Both the position numbers and the translations under genes were made by a program. The notes under the pieces were generated by a model. That model saw only the letters and a program-made list of their open reading frames with translations, searched no databases and was not told the origin of the DNA. A stretch of 57,143 nucleotides of DNA, counting the filler, from Sphacelaria rigidula (Eukaryota), in NCBI GenBank assembly GCA_964200075.2. It is 6 parts of 6 records of this genome, joined end to end, with 100 filler letters (N's around TTAATTAATTAA, not from the genome) between each part and the next. Parts side by side here need not be neighbours in the genome. Positions count along the whole stretch, not along the records: positions 47,704 to 57,143 come from CAXNAA020008494.1; 5 more parts are not named here. One strand, 5' to 3'. Of the stretch, positions 48,828 through 57,143 are shown one piece after another (positions within the stretch are counted from its first letter, which is position 1; every line of letters starts with the position of its first letter).

Positions 48828-51800
48828 ATTTCCTTACCCGAAGCCATACGGCACAGGCCTGCAGTTTCATCTACCCGTCGGATCTGGTACTTGATCTTAG
48901 CAATGCGTTTGTTTTGTTCTTCTTTATTTTCCCTGCTCTCTCTAGTTTTTCTTATCTCTCTCTATTCTTTTTAGTTCCCGTTTTCAGCTTTCTGTACATG
49001 TATGTTCGCTTTTCCAACTGTACCCTTTCTCGAGTTTCCTTCAATGAGTGTTTCCGTTCTTCACCTTGGGTACGTCCACCTCGTGACCACGCCTGTACTT
49101 GCAGCGAAACACTTGCTCTGTGACACGATCAATCAACTAATGAACTACTTTCGAGATATAGCAACACACCGTTCGATCCTCTTCACGCTCGACAGAATGT
49201 CAGCACTGCACTGGCGTATTCGCTTTTGTAGCTCCCACCAGTCGACCTTCTATCTCGCGCGCACCATCTATACGTTTGTGTGGCAGGGAAAGATAATGAA
49301 GATCATGGACATGCCCGAACACCGGCTTCCGTTGATCCGCAATGAGCTCAAGGCACTGGTAGCTGCCAAGGATGTAGACAGCGTGGTGAATATCCTCGGG
49401 TGGACTGCTGACCTCGGAACACATGAGAAGAGACTGATTGGCAAATTCGGCATCCTGATGGAGACTGCCGGGGAGTAAGTATTCTGAAAGCGCTAGCGTT
49501 GATCGCAAAACGCATGGCTGCTTTCCTCACGTTCGGTATTTACCTGGCTCAGTAGTGTTGCAGCCATCAATAACTGCATGCTGTGCGCGCGTGCCGCCGA
49601 TTGTAAGTGAACCGAGATCTGATGCACATACTCCGCACGGTGTTCATGTATCGAGTGTCGGTATGTTTGTTCCTGCGAACATCAAGCCACGAAGGTAGTT
49701 CTACTCCTCTAAGCATCGATTAGCTTGTGGCGAGTATTGTGACCAGGAAAGCGTCCATCCGACGGAGCGAACCGGTCAACAATCACTCTACACATGGATC
49801 TAGATATCGCGCTTCGTGCCATGCTTTTGCACTTGACTTGAGTTGACATCGCGCCTTCCTTCCCTCCCTCCCCCTCCATCTGCATGCTGCAGGAAGGACC
49901 TGAAGGCCGCGGTCGATGCAAACCCGAAGCTGTTTGAGTGCAAAAGCGACATCATAGAGTTCGCGGGACAGGTGAACTTACTTCAACACTGTGTGTTGTG
50001 GGTCGAGGATTTGTAAAAGGATGGGGGGGGGGCGGGGGGGGCATCAGATGCGTTCCATGGAACGGACGTAATTAATGGTCTATATATTTCGTCTTCGTCG
50101 CCCCCGCCGTTACTATACGACTTCGGGATCCAATTGTCTGATATTGTGCGTTTTATCATATTGGTCCAGGTGTTGTTCATGTTGCACTACGGGCAAGGGT
50201 TCTCGAGATTGTTTTCGAATCGCGTCAACAACACCCATCACCCCAGTGAACTGGACGGGTAGACGGAAGGGATATAACTCGAGCAATCGTATGAGTGAAA
50301 ATACGTACCCACTACAGTAAACGCTCGTCTGACGCGGTAAGAGTCGATACGTGTTTCTGCAAATATTGTCCATCTGATGCAAGAGGGCGAGTGTGTCTTA
50401 CCGTATCTTTGCCTTCTGCCCCGCGAAACCAGACGCCCCGCCTCCGATCTAGCCGTATGGCGCATACGCCGATGTTGACCCGGTACCCTCGAGTTTCGCG
50501 GGGGGGCTTGATCTCTGGCTACCGACAAGAGACGCTCTCGATCATTCTTGTAGCTGCGATTCGAACCGTGTCGGTCAGTTGCTTCCAGTATATTTGTTGG
50601 CTTATGGTGGGCGTTTTGTTTCTCCTGTTAGCTAGGGCAAATAGCGCTAGCCCCTCGTCCGGTGTAGTTGTGTCAAGCTCGCTACTATACTCAGCCACCA
50701 TACTAAGAAGTTGTATCCATCGCCCCAAGCGTATGCCGGCCACGGGATCTGGCTGCATCGCTGTTTGTCGTCAGCTGATTTTATACCGAGTAAGCACAAA
50801 CAGTGAATGTGACTGTATTACCGCTTGTTATCTTGCACGCAGTCCAAAAAAGCATGGCTTATCTGTCCCCCCTATGTCGGCTGTCCTTGTATGCACACCG
50901 GAAATGGCAATTGCGCAGCTATTCAACGCTGTGCTCCTTCTGCATAGCGCTGGCGTCACTCATAACGATATTGCTCCCGACAACATAACCGTCAAGCGCG
51001 TGCCCCATGACACTTTCGAGCTCACCCTCATCGACCTAGGCCTCGCCCAGCTGAACAGTCCTGTCTTGGATGAGGTGAGCTCGGGTCACGAACAGGTCCC
51101 CGTTGTCGTGCTTTGACTGGAGGTGGTGACATAGAACCGCGTAGCCTGTAATCTATAGCAGCAGCAGTAATGCTTTATTGGTGGCAGGCCTGGGTAGAAG
51201 GTTTGAGGTGGAAGCTCACCACTAATGGTTGTCAGGCAAACGACACCACACGTCTGCCGTCAGAGTCCTGCAGCAGAGTCGGGGCAGTATTAGAGGAGGG
51301 CATGTCGATGCTGCCGGGTTTCAACCTACCGACCGCGAGACTCGCATAACTTGTTGCACGCGGATGCAGCACACTTACCAGGCACTGTTACGTTGAAACA
51401 TACCAACAATGAACCGCAGTTCATGGATCGACATGAGCATATATGTTGGGGACCATTCGCCATCTTTCGGTAGTGACATATTCTGTCTCCAGCATACACA
51501 TGAAAGCTAGCTGACTGAAGCTTTCAACTTGTCAATCGAATAAGCTGCGATCTACCTTGCGTGCTCGTGCTGAACAGGACGGTGTCGAGATCGGCCAGCA
51601 CTCGCTCTTCCCGGCGAGCAACCGACCTAATTACTGCTGCCCCCTTGCGGTGAGAGCTCGCCACCTTGCCGCATAGAAACGGATGGGTAAAGTATGTGTT
51701 TGTACCCGACGCAGCGGGGTACAGACCTAAGTCGGACGCATCGAGACGCTATGGTATTTAGGCCTCGCAGCGTCTTTCAGGTATATGATGGCCCGGAGAT

Positions 51801-54800
51801 ACCCATGCGTATCTTCGCTATTCCGGAATGCTCACGTGGATATTGCAAATGTCGTGTGTTCCTCCTCTGAATTCGCGGGAGCAGTAGCTTTACGGCGCAC
51901 CAACATATCCCCAGAAAACGTGGCCTTGAAATATTGTTTTCCCTTGAGTGGAGTTCGGGCTCGAACGTGCAGTAGCAGTCGGAGCTATGCCTTTCTCGTT
52001 GCACTTGACACGAACGAAGCATGGGTAGTTTTCACTCAGCACCTGCGAAACGCACTGACAGGTTTGGAGATATCTCAGATCAGAAGACGCCGTCTGGAGT
52101 AGACAAGTTCGTTCTCGACACACACACGAACGTGGGCGTACGATCGCATCCTGTTGGCGCGTCTGGTATATGTCGTGAAAACAGGATATGCCGACTTCAT
52201 GGTTGGACATACCCCGTCCACATACATGGGCGAGAGCAATGATTGATCGGTGAATGTGTATCTTGATGGTATGCTTGAGCACGTGCACGTGCACGTACAC
52301 ACAGACTTTTAGTGAATAGTGAATATTGGCGCTGGCAGAACGAGCAAACATGACCGGGGTCGTCCGGCCGTGTCAACCTATCAGATCCGGAACAGACACA
52401 AAACCTGCGGCACAGCGCACACATGTCGCTGACAACACCCATACTATTGTGCCGAGTATGTTACTCCTTCACGTGCGCTCCACCAGTATCTATTCCCCCG
52501 CGGCCCGCAACGTGCTATTTCCAGCGTATGCGGTTTTTGATGCACAACACCCGTCACCGCTGCTCGGGCGGGTACCACGACGGCTGGGCTAATGACATGT
52601 TTGCGGCTGCCATGTGCATCGGCACACTGCGCAATGCGCATCCGCACCACTTGACCATCACGGATCCCTCGACTTCGTTTCCAGAAGACGAGTTCTCAGG
52701 TGTGTATGCGTCAAACTGTCAACCTTGCATTCTTTGTCGGTCGTTTTCTCCAAGAGTAGTTGGACATGTTTAGGAAGCGAACAGTTACCCATTGAATCAG
52801 TGAACGCTTGCTGAGTCAATGGGTGAATTGTTCGCTTCCAGAACAAACGATATGCTGGGTGGTCCGTCCCGGCATGACACATCAGTGATCTCCGGAGCTT
52901 CCTGCCGTTTGCAAGCCTCAATGTCCACATATCAACTTCCACCAAAACTCGATCGTCTGGAGACACAAACTCCCGATCTCTTATTCCACAAGCGGACATT
53001 TGACCATTGAACCACCAGTGAGTGCTCACTATTTGAGTGGGTAAACTCATTCCTTCCTGGACAAAGGATATGCTGTGTGGTCCGTCCCGGCATGATACTT
53101 CAGTGATCTTCGGACCACACAGCATATATTTTGTCCAGGAAGCGAACAGTTTACCCCTTGAACCAGTGAGCGCTCACTGGTTGAAGGGGTGAACAGTGCG
53201 CTTTCTGAAGAAGACACACAACACGCACATGTGGTACGACTTCCAAAGCCTCAATATTTCCACCGACTGGTTGATCTACGGATGAGACGATACAGAGATT
53301 CCACAGCATAGCGCTCTAGTTTGGGGCCATCAGAATTGAGGCGATGTATTGTATCCAGAGCGGCCGTCACGCGGTGTACCAAAAGGGGGGCATTTTGGGT
53401 CTGGTGTACAAACAATGGGTAGGTCCGATTTGTCAGGGCCTCCTCCACGTTTCCCCGAGCTTCCGAGAAGTGTTCCCCGAATGTATCCGTCTCCATGATG
53501 TTTCCGGTCTAGACGTTTTCCGAATGGCTCGGTGAGATTTGCTCTTTGCCAATTCGGCGTTGATGGTGGTTGTCAATGAGGGAAACCCTTCGCTATCGAG
53601 GCTGATGATTTTGTCATCGTTCATCCGAAGAGTTGACGAAGAACACGTGTTGTGGAAATGCCATCACTTTTTCTCTCCGTCTCTCTCTTTCTCTGCCTGT
53701 CTCTTTCTCTTCAGTACAACGACGTACGCAGGATACAGTCATTGGCAAAGTGCAGCACGGTGCTATCTTCGATAGGAAGAGCCTGCATGTAGGGCGATGC
53801 ACCGGGAGAGTTGGGTTGAGGCTGAGTAGATCTCCGTTGTGTTCTGGGACAGTCTGTATCCATCTTCTTTGTCAATTCCAAAACTCAGCTGCTGACCTTC
53901 CGGTGACACCCCTGCCGTTTTCTGGCCGATAGAGCTGCTTTGTGGTCGTGGTTTTTCGCATTACCGAACGCGTCGTGCGGTCAGCGTGGAAGTATGATAC
54001 TTAACCCCCAGGTACGATGAACATTAGCATGATCCACGTTCGCCCAAGTGAAGCTTCCGTATCTTAATCGAATCTGAACGAGTTGAAGGGTTACTACCGC
54101 TTCGAAGTTCGACACATTTCCCCCGTCGGTACGAGCTTGCCTCCTGAGACTCGGCATTTACTCGAACCCGTATCGCTTGTATTCGAAACTGTATGTATTT
54201 GCGTTCCTGAGTAGCTCCCAAACTTCGCTTTTTTGCAGTCGAAAAGCAGGGATTCGGAGGGGGCCTATATCGGACCAGAAAGTGCTCTTTCTCGCCCGTA
54301 CAAATGCCACGACAACGGCCAACGAGAATCTAGGCTCCACTCGCACTCCGTTTCATCTTGCCAGTATCTTCGGGGTTTTTAAAGGCCGGGTTAGTTGGAC
54401 AAAGACCCGAGTCTACTTGACTGAAATAGTGCTCACACGCCCCTTTTTTACTCCAGAGGACGATATGTGTATATATTTTGTAAGTACATCTACACGTGAT
54501 GTTCCGTACACGGCGGTGTATGTCCTCTACCTTGTCCGTCATTGCAGCACATCGCAACAAGATGCACGCTTTCGATACCCTTCCCTCAACCCCCCTACTT
54601 GCATACTCCGGGATATGTATTTCCTCACAGATCTGGCTGAGCTCATGCGCAGGTTGACCAGCTGGAACGCGGACGAACGCTGGGGGGTAGACGAGGTCAT
54701 CGCCAGTCCGTTCTTTAAGGTGACTTTGTCTTGTCGCACTGCTAGAGCGCGATGGATAATGTTTTCGTGAAGTAGAGAGTAGAGGATACGAATGAGAGTG

Positions 54801-55152
54801 AAAGGCGGTCAATTCGTGAATTAATCGTTTCTGTTCCGAAATTCCCATCCACGAGGCTCAATGTGCTTTCTGTAGTAGCTTGTCACTGAAGCCCTTGATA
54901 CCCCTTAGTAGGATATCGACGTGTAGCTGGGAGTACACGCCAGGTATGGGCAAAGGCAAAAAGCCAAGAAAAGCACACACGGAATGAAAAATCGGCCAAG
55001 TTAGAGCGAATGATCAAAGTCACTCTCAATCAGCGCTCTACTCTCAATCTGCCGGAAACGTTGTTGATGGTCGTTCACATCGTGCGTGTTTGAGATGAGG
55101 GGGTAGGTTATCTGTTTTTTTTCTCCAGCTTGGACCTCCATCTATCATCTAG
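48828..55152 (+). CDS. Atypical non-RD protein kinase (multi-exon, 5' end unresolved)
   Basis: Phase-consistent GT-AG exons: 48828-48886; 49287-49474 (GKIMK..NELKAL..GILMETAG); 49893-49971; 50919-51074 (LHSAGVTHNDIAPDNI..LIDLGLA); 51578-51649 (NYCCPLA); 52525-52699 (ANDMFAAAMCI). Exon(s) around 53320-53790 are unresolved. Then 54631-54719 (LMRRLTSWNADER..VIASPFF) and 55129-55152 (LGPPSII*). Confidence 0.85.
48900..49140 (+). mobile_element. 3' tail fragment of a non-LTR retroelement (GTACGTC..GACCAC family), intronic
   Basis: Pyrimidine tract, then TTTCCGTTC...GGGTACGTCCACCTCGTGACCACG and an ATCAATCAA tail. Confidence 0.55.
52772..53207. repeat. Intronic array of alternating palindromic modules
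   Basis: Hairpin module GGAAGCGAACAGTT..CCC.TTGAA.CAGTGA.CGCT..CTG....A.GGGTGAA..GT.CGCTT.C occurs at 52773, ~53003 (partial) and 53138. The copies are separated by module ATATGCTG.GTGGTCCGTCCCGGCATGA at 52850 and 53068. Confidence 0.8.
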
Positions 55153-55277
55153 CTAGGGCTGTCTGAGCATGTTCGATGAACAATGCGGCCGTCGTTACGG
55201 ATATCTTCGGGATATGGATGGATTAATAAATGTCACGACAAACATGAGGTGTTTGCCCTATGGTAGCGCTTTACATA

Positions 55278-55700
55278 CGAGCTAGGCCAGCCTAGAAGCC
55301 GAGCTGTATTCAGTAGGCAATTTGGCAGCTCAGTTTTGAGAGTGGTGCTTCGAAATTTAGTGTGAGGAACTGCAAGAGGATAATAAAACACATGCCTCAG
55401 GTCATTGTTGATGAAAATATTGAATTAGGGGCAAAACATAATATCCATGTCCCATTACAACGTCCTCAAATTCCTTAAGATATAAAACTAAATGCCTTAG
55501 CGTCTCGTTTTTTCATTGTACCCTTGCGATTCCCCATACCAAGGTTTCGAAGCATAACTTTCAAAACTGAGCTGTTCAACCCAGATTTACAGGCTGGACT
55601 AGCCTAGAAACGAGGCTATTATCGTATTAGTAGACAATTCAGCAGCTCAGTTTCGTGAGCTGTGATTTTCAATTTGGTATGGAGAATCGCAGGGGCATAC
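55278..55700. repeat. Direct plus inverted repeat cluster (foldback-like)
   Basis: GCAGCTCAGTTT occurs at 55325 and 55642, with the inverted AAAACTGAGCTG at 55563. AGCCTAGAA recurs at 55289 and 55601. Confidence 0.6.
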
Positions 55701-57085
55701 GAACTGGCTCACGCTAATCACCCAAAGTTCATTCACTCTTAAATGTCCACGATGATTCTTGGAGTTAGACTCTGAGAATTCGCACACGTATACTATCTAT
55801 GAGACGTAAATAAACTATTAACGGGTGTGGTCGTTTGTTTTTGCCTTTGGAGGATCCCAGGGTCCTGGGGAGTTACATGCCTTCCTGGAACCCCCTTTAA
55901 GTGGTGGAAAACAAATCAAAAGGCGCCATCCACGCAACGTTTCTTGATGTCCCATAGCACACGTGTGCAATGTTTCAGAGTCTAACTCGAACAGTCGGCA
56001 TGAGCATTCGCACCAATGTGCGATGAAGTGAGCTTAAAAGGTACAAAATCCCGACCACTTCATTCAATTCTCGAAACGACTCTTCGAGTACGTTTCTCGT
56101 TAAAACGGGCCCATTTCAGTCCATGCGTTTGTCGATTCACGCAACGAAATTTGTACCAATACCCCTTGACCTACCCCATAACGCATACTCATATCTTTCT
56201 TTTATTGTCAGGTATTCTGCACCGGCCTTCGGCGGCATTTACGCCTAGACCCCCGGAAGCCGGCAAAGAGCCGGAAAAAATCGAGTTTTAATTTTTCAAT
56301 AATGTACATTTTTTTCATTTCGTACACCATAGCCGCCGAACCGCCGCGTTTGAGGGCGGTCGAAGGTCTTCAACGGCACATATAAGGGACACCATGAGGA
56401 GGCTTTCTGAGTATTTCCTGCCCTCAATCACTGGAAAGCTGACGGCGCCTAAACACCGCATCACTTCAATAACATATTTGTTGTATAATTTGATCCCATA
56501 GTAACCGTTTCCAAACGCGTTTTTTTTCTCGTGAGATTCCCGAGCTGATGGCGGTTACTACGAATTGAAGCATGTGGAGATTAGGCTGAAGCTGGGTTGA
56601 GAGTTCGTATTTTCAAGTTCCACAGAGTTTGACAACCGCGGGTTGATCAAGGTACTTCTTCGTCCTCGGCGCCATCGCTCTGACCTTGAAGACAAAAACC
56701 TGTTTGTGTCACCTTCGTCAGTCGTCCATAGCGGTCAGTATGATGTCATGTATGGGACTGTTGGGTATGTGTTGCGGAAGGCATTTTGATGAGAGAATCT
56801 TGGGTCGAAACCGTGAACCAATCCGTTAAAAAAAAATAGGGCAAATATATTGAGTTCTTCTTTTACCCATGAGATGGAGGTGTTTTTTTTTAACCCATGG
56901 GTCCATTTTTCACAAGTATGCCTCACCTCATGAAACAAAAAAGCCTTACTGTACGTTTTGATTATGCCCTTGCAGTTCCCCGTAGGGCAGTTCTCCACTT
57001 TTCAAGGCCACTTTTGTGAGACTTTCGAGCTCGGTACGTTAGGGGCCCCATAAGAACCTCAATAGCACATAAAAAATATTGATGA

Positions 57086-57143
57086 GGGGGGGGGGGGGGC
57101 GTACTCATTTGTTGCTTGCCTTAGTCATTTGACCATTGACCAC
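57086..57143 (-). mobile_element. 3' end of the poly(C)-associated LINE, cut by contig end
   Basis: G14 followed by CGTACTCATTTGTTGCTTGCC...GACCATTGACCAC. Confidence 0.8.

Noticed and set aside
50295-51116. 273-aa single-exon kinase ORF
   Set aside because: Only 50919-51074 is kinase-like and bounded by splice sites; the rest is open intron.
19442-55152. A functional cluster of UCH37, CDC50, LRR and kinase
   Set aside because: The genes lie on different artificially joined contigs.

Overview
This is eukaryotic nuclear DNA, most likely from a brown alga (Phaeophyceae; inferred from the gene and repeat types, not proven). It is not one locus. Six contigs of 9441/9441/9441/9440/9440/9440 bp are joined by artificial 100-bp linkers (N44-TTAATTAATTAA-N44), so neighbours across linkers are unrelated. 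Genes are short GT-AG exons in long repeat-rich introns: EF-hand-like exons, UCH37/UCHL5 exon 1, a possible secreted protein, CDC50/LEM3 exon 1, an LRR N-cap exon and a multi-exon atypical non-RD protein kinase. Most of the rest is mobile DNA: a gag-only LTR element carrying four nested insertions, a decayed DIRS-type element, two LINE RT fragments, tRNA-derived SINEs, several MITE/foldback families and a possible Mutator-like relic. The most notable pattern is a LINE family whose ORF stops 5 nt before a poly(C) run. Its seven 3' ends all abut C/G homopolymers, and three copies have runs on both sides, suggesting poly(C) targeting or tailing. Also notable is a 217-bp TG..CA element with a 5-bp TSD that carries telomere-like (CCCTAA)n repeats. 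No CRISPR array, rRNA or intact tRNA was found.
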